Position numbers and translations under genes: made by a program
NCBI RefSeq assembly: GCF_006345805.1
Contig: NC_043013.1
Coordinates: 23,436,001 to 23,500,000 of the forward strand
Reading direction: 5' to 3'
Length of the DNA stretch: 64,000 bases
Origin: Octopus sinensis
Taxonomy: Eukaryota
In this document: positions 26,272-39,130 of the stretch, one piece after another
Layout of the letters: each line of letters opens with the position of its first letter
Position numbering within the stretch: position 1 is the stretch's first letter
The notes under the pieces: generated by a model
Told to the model about the DNA's origin: nothing
The model's database searches: none
The model's input: only the letters and a program-made list of their open reading frames with translations

Positions 26272-27377
26272 TACTTCAGGGAAAAAATGTTAATTTCTGT
26301 GGTTCTTCTGCTAAAGTTATACTAGCTGTGGCATTATCTGCATAATGAAGTTTAGTTACCAATTTAGTTCTGTTCTTCTGGCACAGAATCTTCCAGGGTT
26401 AACTATTTTGCCATCTACATGATGTGAGATCTGAATACCAGGCATGAGTTTGTCCGTGGCAAGTTTAAATATAATTGATAGGGGAATGAAAAGAGCACGG
26501 AGGCAGTTACACATCCCTGCATTACTCCCGGTCTTACTTCAAAATGTCATGGAAGACTGGTGTCATGCTTTGTTTTTAATGGGGTCTTGTTGCTGCCATA
26601 TGATTTTGTGACTTTGGGCAGCCATGTTTGGCCAGCACTTTCTACAGTGCTCAATGGTTATTCAAATGCTTTGATGAGGTCAAAGGAAGCTATTTACATC
26701 TGTGTCTGTTGCCCATAGCATTTCTCCTGTAGCCGTGGGTGAATAAAGAAGATCATAATATTGGAGTTTCTGGAATGTTAAAAACCAGATTGAGAGTCAG
26801 GTAACCATCTACAGTAGGACAAATCAGTTGAGCAACTTGCTTAACAGAATTTTCCCAATAGTTAATGAAAGCAAGATTCCTCTGTGGTTGCCACAATTAG
26901 ATTCGTCATCCTGTTTGAACATAGTAATAACATTTGCATTGCATCTCTGAGTTCAGCTTCTGTCTCTTCTCACATCCAAATTAGCAGAAACAGTACATTT
27001 AGTTTTGATAGAACTTCTTCATTCTCAACCAAAATTTTATCTGACCTGGATGTCTTGTGTTTTAGAGAATGGATTGATTTTTTCTAGTTTCTCCAATCTC
27101 AACTGCTGTAGCTAAGTCATTGACTTTTGTATAATGTTGCAGTGAATGGTTGTTTTCAGTAAGTTGTTCCAAGTTTTATATCATCTTTAAATCTGCGTTG
27201 AACTTTTGGTGTCATGTCTGACAGTCAGTTTCTAAAGACTCCTGACACCATTTATCCATTCCAGTCTTCGAAGTCCATCCTGTGTTTTCAGAACAATGTT
27301 CTAAGCTGATGGATGACAGTTCCTCATTTATGGCAAAGCACAGGTTTCTCTGCTTTTGTTGGGTCTTTAAGAGATTC

Positions 27378-28195
27378 TGGGCTAATGCAGTTTTGCACCT
27401 TTCCTTGAAAAATGCATTTTTTGGAAAATATTTTTTCGGATTCCTAGGTTTTAAATGTTGGAGATTACGAGTATGCAAAAATAAAAAGAAATTTTAACCC
27501 TCCCCCACTCCCATTTAAAATTTCGAACTTTTCCGTAATATTTTTTCCCTATGTTTTAGATGGAGATTCCGCATATGCAAGAAACAACGTTTTCAAAATT
27601 TTAAATTCAATAAGCATATAGATATGTGTATAAAGTGATAGATAGATATGAATGTCTTCCTGGGGCTAAAAAACAGCAGTAATACCGTCTTCCGTAGGAC
27701 CGCCACATTTAGTTGACAAATATATTTTATGAATAAATGGACAGGGATAAATAGACAGACAGACAAATAAATGGATGAAAAAGTTTAAAATTGGAGGAGG
27801 GGGTGATATTTGAGCCCCTTATTAAACTTTATAACATTAATCATTTAAACAAAACAATGTTTGTTTCTCATAAAATGGTGTATATTTAATTTACATTTAA
27901 TTATTATTTATGATTATTTAAGGCAAACAAGTAAAACGCAAATTCTTTTTACTTTAATGTTTTCGACTGGATTTAATTTTAATTTGCATATGTTCGTCAA
28001 TTCTCTACAATCTCTTTAATGTAAACAAAATCAAAAATTTAAATTGGGGGTGGGGAGAGGTGGGAAGGGGTGAAATGAAAAAAACATTTTTTTGCATATT
28101 TGTAAATCTCCAACATCTAAAACGTAGGAAACTGGAAAAAAATTTTTTATAAAATGCATTTTTCAAGGAGAGGCGTGAAATCGCATTTTGGCCCC
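27378..28195. mobile_element. Non-autonomous DNA element with long (~200 bp) terminal inverted repeats and an 8-bp TSD (MULE/Merlin-like, superfamily uncertain)
   Basis: AGAGATTC is duplicated at 27370-77 and 28196-28203. The left arm (..ccttgaaaaatgcatttt..gttttaaatgttggagatt..) is the reverse complement of the right arm. Confidence 0.75.
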
Positions 28196-29499
28196 AGAGA
28201 TTCAGAGTTAATTTTCTGCTGGTGTTGTTACTCTTTTGTTGTCATTATTTTGGAGTGAGTGGAATTGCTGTGTTAATTTATTGTAGTGATGGTTTGTTCA
28301 GCAATTGTCGGTTCTTCTCATTACACTTTAGGTGTATATATCATGATCACAAGTCTCATGATGACCCAATCACATCTTAGTGCTTTGATTGTACAAGTTG
28401 TTCGGAATCCTTCTATCAATTTGCTTGTTAAAACAGTTGGAGAAGTTGTCTTTCCTGCATTTATTTGTGAGCAGGACACTATTTGAATTAATTTCTTTCG
28501 TGTTATTCTTTCCAATTGTACCATTCCAACATTTATTTTTTGCAACTCTGGCACTGATTCTGCTTTGTTTTGGAATGCTGTAAAAGACTCTAAGCATAAA
28601 ATTCCTCATTTTCTTTTATGTTAGCATCCTGTGTCGACACACATGCACTGATGAATGTTAGTCTTGTAAGCTGGCTTTAAGTGGAGAGTCATCAATGTTG
28701 CACCGATGTTAGTAATTAGTTCATGTCGCTTATCAACCAGGCCACTGCATATTGCGAAGCAACTGCCATGCTTCTTCAGCTGTTCATCAGCTCATCTGTT
28801 CTCATTAAGAGCCGTCGTGTCAGTATTGCAGCATGTCAGTTCCCTACAGATGGTCACTGCCCAGCGTTTCAGTTGAAAGCTGTTTGCTTCATCATTGAGT
28901 CCCAGTGTTCCAAGATCCAAATTCAATTTTATACTGTTTCTATCATCTACGAAAATGTGACTCCTTCGGATGTGGCGATCCAGTTGAGGAAGCTGAACCA
29001 GGTTATCATTCAGCTACCTGTATTAATCTTCTTCCAATGCAAGTTCAGTAGAACAGATCCTTGCATACAATGACCCTTTACTCTGGCAACTGCTGTAAAC
29101 ACTTTTGTCTCTGACCAAATGGCTGATGAGCATCACATGGCTCCCTACTCTGGTGCCATTTCATGACCAGGAGATCCCAAATGTAACAGTTCTACTCTGT
29201 TGCCACCAGAAAATCACCAAAGGACTTTGGGGTCAAAGGAAATCTGGGGGACATCCTTGCATGTTTGATATGGAGAAGATTTTTCATGTCCGTTTCCTTA
29301 TGATTCTGGCAATAAAATACCTCAGTCTGATTGAAATCAATTTAAGATAATTTTGGAGTAGCAGACCCTTGCAGCATCAACAGTTGGAGGTATAAAATGA
29401 CCCAGTTCTTTATCCAGACATGAGTCGTATGAGATTGGTGCTACCTCAAATCTGCAGATGGAATGAGTGACTAATTTTTCTTTCATTGGTCAACACTAA

Positions 29500-29812
29500 T
29501 GTGATGTTGGTCACTGCATGCAGTAGAGTACAAAGACTAATACCATGCTAAGTACAGTGACCAACATGACACTGTGTACAATGGTCAACATTACACTCAC
29601 CAGTCAATACTGTACTATGTACAGTAAGCAGTATAAGAGACAGTGTCCATCACTACACTGACCATTGCTCATTGTAAACTGTACAGTTATCAGCATTACA
29701 CTATGTACAGTGACCAGTACTACATTGTTCAGTGATCAACACTACTGTGACCAGCACTAGTGTGTACAATGTCCACTATAAACTGGACAATAATTAACAC
29801 TACATGGAGTTA
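29500..29812. repeat. Degenerate ~24-bp minisatellite (tacagtgaccaacatgacactgtg-like)
   Basis: Recurrent tgtacagtgacca.cat.acac motif. Confidence 0.7.
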
Positions 29813-30513
29813 TTCAACCTTCAAGAAAGAGTAGCCAAATCTCTCTCTAATCCTGTACTACTACCTTGTGAAAAGGACACTTTAGACATTTTTGTACTTT
29901 CATGTTGGACCTTGGTCAAGACTAGAAGCTACCAGCAATTGCAGGTCAATTGAATCAGATTCTTTTAATTGTAACAGAAGGACAAAAATTGCAAGATTAG
30001 CAATTGGACTAAAGACTAAATAATAATGATTTAAATCTTACTATTGCAGCACCCCCCCCCTCTTTATTATATCTGAGACTAGGCATATGTCACTGCTTGT
30101 CTCATTCCTCCCTCACTGAAGAAGGCTTGCATGCAACATGAACTTATCACAAGTTTTTATCAGACTCCTATGTGGACATTTTCTTTTCTATTCAGGCAAA
30201 AAGTAAACAGGATCCCCAATCCTTCCAAAACAAATGTGTAACCAATAAAATTTTAAGCCCTATTACCATTGCCAAATCTTTGTCTGCAATTGCAACCGCC
30301 ATTAAAAACCGATGCAACCCTATTCTACTTTTGGTACACAAACCTTAAAATCTCTTCCACAATCTTCACCTGTTCTTCAGCAATCAAGTGTCACAATTTA
30401 TTTATTGTAAAACACATCCACTGTCATTCTATCCATTGCCATTCATTACAACAACATCCTTTTGCTATTTTTCCCTCCAATAATAATACAAAGATGGTAC
30501 TTCATCAAGTTGA

Positions 30514-30747
30514 AGGTGGTGAGCTGGCACAATCGTTAGCATGCCAGGTGAAATGCTTAGTGGTATTTCGTCCACTGTTACGTTCTGAGTTCAAATTCCG
30601 CCGAGGTCAACTATGCCTTTCATCTGTTCGGGGTCCATTAAATAAATACTAGTTACACACTGGGGGTCGATATAATCGACTTAATCCGTTTGTCTGTCCT
30701 TGTTTGCCCTCTTTGTGTTTAGCCCCTTGTAGGTAGTAAAGAAACAG
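30514..30747 (+). mobile_element. SINE family B copy with a ~19-bp target-site duplication
   Basis: ggtacttcatcaagttgaa before and ggtacttcaccaagtttgaa after the element. Confidence 0.85.
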
Positions 30748-33700
30748 GTACTTCACCAAGTTTGAAAAAAAAAAAAAAAAGATATAAGCTTTGTGAAAGT
30801 TTATTTTAAGTTTCCTTTCAGCATCTTTTTTGTCAGCTTCATAGTCTTTGGGATGGTAGTAGCATCATTGAACAGATTGGCTTGTTTTTGTATCAGTGGC
30901 TAACACAATTTGGTAAAAGGCAGGCCTCCCCAAAAGCTAAGTTAATCTCAATTTTACAAGCTAATCGAACATGCAACTTCATTCTGCTGTTATTTTCAGC
31001 AATCAGTTTTTCTCGCTCTTCAGTTCCTCTTTCTGATTGAGTGGATTGTGCTCTGTGTGCATGAAATCCATTAATTATAGACACAACTCAGTGCTATGGA
31101 AGGACTTGTCAACCACAAGTAGAAGCATTGTGGAATGGTTAAAATATTTGCTTTGCAATCATGTGTTTCAAAGTTGAGTGCAGTTGTGTGACCATTTCTT
31201 GTTTCCTGCTATAGATGCACAAAGTGCATTGTGATCAGCAGTGTATAACAACATCCAACAGTCTGGTTGATGCAGTGATGTGTGCATGTTTCAGTGACCT
31301 TTATCATCTGTTAAAGACAGCTTGAATATCTGTAGCATGAAAGTTCCTTTCCAAAGCACAGACCGGAACAACATTTCTCAGAAAGACGGTAACTGTCGAC
31401 AATGCAATTCTCCCCTCTCCCTCTGCTAGTGATGTTGTTATAGAAGAGGATGCAAGGCCAATGCAGCTTGGCTGCTTGTGTTGCATTCAGGCATTTCCAT
31501 CAGAATGCAAGGAACTGGAACAGCTAAGGCATCTGGACAGATCTGCCAGTCCTTGGAATGGTAATTTGATGACAAAAGGATACAAGGCAAGATCTGATAC
31601 TAGTAGGATTTGAACTCAGTGTTGAGATTCAGAACAAATACCAGAAGTATTTTATTTGAATTTCTAAGGATTTACCCAAATTGCTATCTATCTATCTCTC
31701 TCTCTATCTATCTCTCTCTCTCTCTCTCTCTGTGTGCGTGTGTGTGTGTGTGTGCGCGCGCGCGCGTGTGTGTGTGTGCGCGCGCGCACATATGTGTGTG
31801 TCTTTTGCTGATATATATCTCAATGAAAAAGGTAAACATCTTGAGAAAATAAGACTGTTTTTAAATCAATAAATTCAAAATGTCACTTGTTTAATGAATT
31901 AAAGAAACCCTTGGCATTGTTATCAGCTGCAATCCACGGATCCAATGACTGGAAACCTGGATCCAACAATGTTTTTGCTTACCAAAATATAAATAACTTT
32001 TTATAAGGTTTTCCAGTATTCTATTAATTTAGTTGTCCATATTTTCCTCTTTAAACTATACTTTGAATATTTATATTTCAATAGTTGTGAGTGAAATTAG
32101 GTAGATGGAAACTGCATGGAAACCTGTCATGACGATGCTACTTGACAGTTGTGTTAAAAGTACATCTGTCTGTGGAATACTCACCCACTTCCATGCTAAT
32201 TCACAGAAGCTTGGTTGATCGAACAATGAAATGCTCATTGTTGGAAGCCACAGAAACTCATCTTGCCTTTGTTGTTAAAACAAGGTTCCAATCCTGAACT
32301 CTTAAGCTAAGCATCCTGAAAAGTTTGGTGTCTGCTTCTTAAAGCGCTACTATCATAAATTTACCAATCTCTGGAAACAATGAGAAAGCTTTAATGTTGT
32401 TACTTGACCTGCTAGTAATAGCAACCAAATTTTTCTCTCCCAACTGTTTTGAAGGAAGCAAACACTATATAATGTGGCTCTAGATACAAATTAAGGTGGA
32501 AATGTGTTGCATTCAGGCATTTCCATTGATCAAAGCTAAGAACCTTTAGTTACCAAAAATTAAGGTATTACTTGGGAAGAGGAGGAGGAGGATACAGATG
32601 AGTAATTAGAAGAACTGAACCTGTAAAACTGCCAGAAAATTTTAATAATTGGGTTTAAAGATAGGCCATAACATGTATTCCGGTTTGAAAACCAGATTAG
32701 GAGAATAATTAAATGGAATGAAATGTTTGTGACCATATTTCTAATGACATACTCTGCATGTGTGCTTCAATTAATTTGGAAACTTATTAAGAATTTGGAA
32801 ATAATTCCTTCATTTTGAAGCTGATGTTTGGAACACAAATCATTTGTTGTTTTTTTCATGCATGGTTCTTGAAATCTCTTTGAATTCTATCCTGAAGCTG
32901 GTATGCTGGTGTTGAGAGTGATCAGCTTCGATGCTTGGACACTTGCTGTAATATCCAAGCCTGAGAACCATTTTAACTGGGTCCCAAAGGATTCCTTTTT
33001 CTGTTGACAGAAGATAGGATTTGAACTCAGAATGCATAGATCAAAATCAACTACTGCAAGGCATCCTCTTGATAACCCAGCACTCTGAATTGGTTCTTTA
33101 ATTAACAACCCTGAAAGAATGAAAGACAAAGTTGTCTGAGGCTGGATTTGAACTCCAAGCACCGAGACATGGAACACACACTCTGCAGATTTCTATATGA
33201 CTCAATCAAATCTATGTCCAATAAATGAAATTGGTGTAAAGTTTAAATCTAAATACGACTTCTTTAAAATAGACAGTTTTCTATCATAGAAATAGAACTG
33301 GTTTTAGCTTGGTTAGTATTAAAAGAAATAAAAATTTATATTTGTTTCATTACCAAATGATAGAAAAGAAAAAAAAAAGCAACCTTAATATTACTAATAA
33401 AAGTAAAATAGATATTTATAGCAAAGCCATCTGCACCCACTGAAAACATTTGTTTCCTTTATTTTCATCCAATGTGGAATGATTCAAATCTTTATTTTAC
33501 ATTGGTTGAAACACGGCTTTCGCCTTCCTCATGAATCAAGGATGACCACACAAACTTCTCTTTTTAATCATTTATTGTAGAGGATTATTGAATATTATTA
33601 ATTTTTTTGATTCCAGAAAAAAGTCAAATCAACAATGAAAAACCTTTTACACGTAAGTTAACCAACACAGCAGCAACACAATCTAGATTCACTTGCTACA

Positions 33701-35318
33701 ATAATAATGCAGTCTCAACTTTTCCCTTGCTACAATAATTCAGCCTCAATTAACTTTTCCCTCACTTTGATAATACAATCTTGACCAATGCTCTGTTGCT
33801 GTAGTAATTCATTCTACACCATAATTCTATATTTGAAGAATACATTGCACTATATGAAGTATCCGTAACCAGAATAGTCCAGAACAACATCCCAGCTCTA
33901 TATATTCTACATTAGTGATGTTCAGTAGGGTCAAGATGGTCTCGTTGCCACACCGAGATTTTGGTGGTCTGTGACAAGTTTAATGTCTCACAGTATGACG
34001 TATTTTGCATTCCTTGAAGTTTTGTTGAGGTATTTTATGGATGCCATTCTGAGAAAGTTTGTGCATCACTGATAGGCATGGTTGCAGTAACAGCATGAAC
34101 ACCAACACATCACAATTGAAGTTATACAATCTGCACCAACATTTCCACCACAAAAACTAAAAAGAAAAAAAAAACGTTTTTGTGTTTGTGTAACAGTGGT
34201 GGTATAATTAGTAATTATAAGGATATCAATACTGCTAATTAGTCGTAGGAAAGACGTTCACTTAATTGTCAAATGATAAATTGGCACAAATTCATAAAGT
34301 TTGGAAGAAGGAAACCCAAAAGGCAAAAGCATGGTTGTGTGGTGAAGACATTTTCTTCCCAACCCAATGGTTTTCAGTTTAGCTCCACTGTGCAGCATCT
34401 TGGGCCTGTGGATTTGGGAGAAACCCAACCCACGTGTGTGTGGGTGTGTCTTTTTGTTCTGAGATTATGTGATAGTTGCCACCAAATGCCAGCATCATGC
34501 AAGCAGTGTCATTGTTTGCCATCTTCTGTGCAAACATGTCTGGCCATTGTACTGTTAACGTTCACAGGACTTAGGGGGGAAAACGGGTGAGGGTTGGCAA
34601 CAGCAAGGGCATCCAGCTGTAGAAAATCTATCTCAATGAATTCTATCTGACTCATGCAATCATGACAAAATGGTTTCCTGCAAACCTGGAAAAGAATTTA
34701 TTTGGTAAAAGCCATTTCTCTCCTAGTGTGGCTATGAGAGGAGTTGAATGGAATGCTCTTATGGAAACATAGCCTTTGTACAATTTCTTCTGCATTCATA
34801 GCACCAATGTTAAGAAATAAGCTTCTCATCTTTCTTCTGATAAGCTGGTTGTCTTGGTCAGCTGCTTCTGTTTTTATACAAAGTTTAATGTATATTTCTC
34901 TGCTTTTAATGAATGTATTATTTACAGTTTAAATGGGTTAAAAGAAAATTTGGAAGACGACCAACTTCTCAGACAGCCAAAGATTAAAGAAATGAGTTTT
35001 TCTATTTACCATTTTCCTAGTTTAATAAACAGTAGAATAATTACTAAAACATAAGCATTTTTATCTCATTAAATCATTCATTGCCCATTTCTTAAATATT
35101 GCTAGTGTTACCATAACAATTCTCATGAATAGCATTTTTCTGGGTTATTAAACCTATCTTTCATGTTTTAGACAATCTTTTGTACAGTTGAGTCTCTAAT
35201 TGTTTCTGGGTTTCCTATTCTTGGCAAAACTTTATTTTAAATGCAGCTAGACTTTCATTACTGTTAATTATATTGCCATCTTCTCATTCAAATCCAGCCG
35301 AAGGATTTGTGTACATAC

Positions 35319-35358
<40 letters not shown>

Positions 35359-35373
35359 TCTTTTTTTCTTTTA

Positions 35374-35758
35374 TTCTTTTATTTGTTTCAGTCATTTGAC
35401 TGCGGCCATGCTGGAGCACCGCCTTTAGTCAAACAAATCGACCCCAGAACTTCTTTGTAAGCCTAGTACTTATTCTATCGGTCTCTTTTGCCAAACTGCT
35501 AAGTTACGGGGACGTAAACACACCAGCATTGGTTGTCAAGCAATGTTGGGGAGACAAACACACACACACACACATATATATATATACATATATATGACAG
35601 GCTTCTTTCTGTTTCTGTCTACCAAATCCACTCACAAGGCTTTGGTCGGCCCAAGGCTATAGTAGAAGACACTTTCCCAAGGTGCCATGGAGTGGGACTG
35701 AACCCAGAACCATGTGGTTGGTAAGCAAACTACTTACCACACATTCACTCTTACGCCT
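35374..35758 (-). mobile_element. SINE family A copy
   Basis: Reverse complement of family A from tail to head. Confidence 0.85.
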
Positions 35759-35797
35759 ATATATATTTGTATGTCTGTATATATATATATTAACATG

Positions 35798-35829
<32 letters not shown>

Positions 35830-35865
35830 TTTTTTATATATATGTATATATATATATCATCATCA

Positions 35866-36085
35866 TCATCGTTTAACGTCTGTTTTCCATGCTAGTATGG
35901 GTTGGACGGTTTAACCGGGGTCTGGGAAGCCAGAAGGCTGCTCCAGTCTGATCTGACAGTGTTTCTACAGCTGGATGCCCTTCCTAACGCCAACCACTCC
36001 GTGAGTGTAGTGGGTGCTTTTTACGTGCCACCTGCTCAGGTGCCAGGCGAGGCTGGCAACAGCCACGATCGCTTGGTGCTTTTTA
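35866..36085 (-). mobile_element. LINE 3'-tail copy (same family as 8205-8532)
   Basis: catcatcatcgtttaacgtctgttttccatgctagtatgggttgg... is the reverse complement of the family terminus. Confidence 0.75.
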
Positions 36086-36087
36086 TG

Positions 36088-36120
36088 TGATATATATATA
36101 TATATACATATATTTGTATG

Positions 36121-36151
<31 letters not shown>

Positions 36152-36345
36152 GTATATGTATATATGTATATGTATATTTGTATGTATATATATTTGTATG
36201 TATATATATTTGTATGTATATATATTTGTATGTATATATTTGTATGTATATATATATGTATATATATTTGTATGTATATATATATGTATATATATTTGTA
36301 TGTATATATATGTATATATATTTGTATGTATATACATAAACACAT
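36088..36345. repeat. (TA)n/(TATG)n compound microsatellite
   Basis: Directly visible. Similar tracts lie at 42510-42790 and 49515-49550. Confidence 0.95.
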
Positions 36346-36449
36346 ATGATGGGCTACTCTCAGTTTCCGTTTACCAAATCCACTCACAAAGCTTTATTTG
36401 TATGTATGTATACATACAAATAATACAAACAATATGTATACATACGTTG

Positions 36450-37840
36450 GAACACAGATAAGTAAACAAACCAGTGGATTTCTTTGCCCGACACCTATAA
36501 CCAACAAGGCAGTTACAATGGAATACATTGACATTAGCGAAGAAGATATACTACTAGCCATAGATGAAGTGGACACAAACTCAACTGTTGGTCCTGATGG
36601 TCTCCCAGCAATCCTCCTCAAAGTGTGGAAGCATGCCCTGGCAAAACCCCTCCAGATTCTCTTGCTTACAAATGGCAAACTGCCAACCAAGCTGAAGGAG
36701 GGAATAATATGCCCAATACATAAAGGGGAAAGTAGAGCAGATGCCAAAAACTATAGGCCTATCTCTCTGACTTCACACATCAGCAAAGTCATGGAACGGA
36801 GAGTCAGAGGGAAACTAATTACATTCCTTGAAGAAAATAACTTGCTGAGTGATACCCAGCATGGTTTTTGACAGGGTAGGAGCTGCCTGACCCAGCTCTT
36901 ACAACATTATGACTGGGTGTTGAGGCAGTTACTCAACAAATCAAATGTGGATGTAATATACCTTGATTTTGCAAAAGCTTTTGATAAAGTGGAACATGGT
37001 ATGATATGCCACAAACTGCGTGACCTTGGAAGAGCTGGAAAACTTGAGTGGTTACATGACTTCCTCAAAGATAGGAGTCAGGCAGTCGTGGCTAATGGAG
37101 CCACCTCTATGAACACACAAATAATGAGCAGTGTTCCACAGAGCATTGTCTTGGGACCACTGCTTTTTATAGTGGCCCTCTCAGATATGCTCTGATAGCC
37201 ACCCTTGCAAGCTATGCAGATGATATGAAAGTCTCGCAGAAAATATAGAACCCCAGTGATGTTGCAGCAGGAATTGGACTCAATTTACAGATGAGCTGAG
37301 GATAATAATATGCAGTTTAATGCTGAAAAATTCCAAGCCCTGTGCTACCAGCATCCAAAACTGAATATGAAACTTAGAGGATACACCGGTCCACAGGGAA
37401 TTTCAAAGCCTAAGTCAGTGAGGGACCTGGGTATTGACATGAGTGATGATACCTCTTTCCAAGTGCACATTACCGGGACGGCGACTAAGTGCAGACGACT
37501 GGCTGGATGGATCCTAAGAACATTCAGAACCAGAGATAAGGAAACCATGATGGTCCTCTGCCTGGATTACTGCTCACAGCTATGGTCACCCACCAGTGTG
37601 AAATTAACAGCGGACCTTGAAGCAATCCAGAGGATTCACAAAGAAGATCATTTCTTTGCAACAGCTCAGCTACTGGGAAAGGTTGAAACAGCTAAGACTC
37701 AACTCTCTGGAGAGAAGACGGGAGAGGTATACAGTAATATATATCTGGAAGATCCTGGAAGGAATTGTGCCAAATTTTGGCATTGAAAGCTACGCCAGTG
37801 CTAGAACGGGACGACACTGCATAGTGCCAAATTTACAGGG
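36450..37840 (+). mobile_element. CR1/L2-group LINE reverse-transcriptase remnant
   Basis: GPDGLP, NYRPISLTS, QHGF, YLDFAKAFDKV, SVPQSIVLGPLLF, YAD, LDYCSQLWSP and LERRRERY across broken ORFs 36398..37871. Confidence 0.92.
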
Positions 37841-38748
37841 CATTTACAATAGAAGTCTGAAGTCCAACTGAACTAGTAGAAGCATATTTTAACCATTCTA
37901 AAATCTATTTATTTTGCATTTGATCTGGACCTTTAACTTCACATGACTCAGTGTATGGAGCTGTTGTGAATGCGTATCAAATTGACCGAGGAAGGGAACT
38001 GGAAGTGAAGTACTGACCTTTTCCACTTCTTTGCATGATTAGCATTGTTTTACAAAGCTCAAGTGTGACTGCACACTCAAGAATTGTTCCCATATCTAGG
38101 ATAACTTATGTAATTCCATCACAGATATCCTAGATTAGACTCGAAAGAAAGTTTGATTCGCTTTTTCTTATCAAATGGTCTTTAATCTCTTCTGATTTCT
38201 TGTACATTCCTTGTTTCTTGTGTTGTTGCTTTTAAAATTCTGCTCTTTGTTAGATACACCATCAATTCACTCCACAACTTATCACTCATACTCTCTCTCT
38301 CTCATGCATACACACATAACTGAACATTGCATGCAATCCCCTATTCTAACAGTTCCATTAATACCCACTTCCCCCCAGTATTGTGACGGAAATGGTGACC
38401 ACAAGCTGTGGAACTTATTCTTCCTTAATTAATAAATCACCAAAAGTCATCCCTAGAAATCAGTTCTCGAATCTCCTGCTGGCTCTCTACTCTTGATGTT
38501 TTATGGAATCGTCCATGCTCTCAGATCCTAGACATGTTCTAGCTGTCTTTAACAAGTTCACTCTGCAATTTCATGGTTTCAGGTTCCAGTTCCACTGCAC
38601 GAAATTTTGGATGTTTCTCCTGTTACAGCTTTTGTTTCGTGATTGAATTGTTAGGCAGACGCCCATTGTGTGTGTGTGTATTAAATATTAAGCAAGTTTA
38701 CTCCTGACTAACTTATGTTTGTCCAAATGAACTCTCTCTTTCTCGTTT

Positions 38749-39130
38749 ACTCTTTTACTTGTTTCAGTCATTTGACTGCGGCCATGCTGGAGCACCACTT
38801 TCAGTTGAGCAAATCGACCCCAGGACTTATTCTTTGTAAGATTAGTACTTATTCTATCGGTCTCTTTTGCTGAACCGCTAAGTTACGGGGGTCGTAAACA
38901 CACCTGCATCGGTTGTCAAGTGATGTTAGGGGACAAACACAGCCACACAAACATATACACATATATACAACGGGCTTCTTTCAGTTTCCGTCTACCAAAT
39001 CCACTCACAAGCCTTTGCTCGGCTCGAGGCTATAGTAGAAGACACTTCCCCAAGGTGCCATGCGGTGGGACTGAACCCGGAACCACGTGGTTGGTAAGCA
39101 AGCTACTTACCACACAGCCACTCCTGCGCC
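38749..39130 (-). mobile_element. SINE family A copy
   Basis: Reverse complement of family A from tail to head. Confidence 0.85.

Larger units (their letters stand above)
24380..29200 (-). mobile_element. Near full-length, heavily decayed RTE-clade LINE interrupted by two DNA elements
   Basis: Minus-strand remnants in the expected order: endonuclease-like at ~28950-28300 (RELTCCNTDTTALNE, ARVAKNKCWNGTIG); RT at ~26900-26280 (DLIKAF, GVMQGCV, LHYADN); RT C-terminus at ~25030-24400 (IGLTPNTSETKVLYQ, IIENVEHFQY). Outer boundaries are approximate. Confidence 0.8.
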
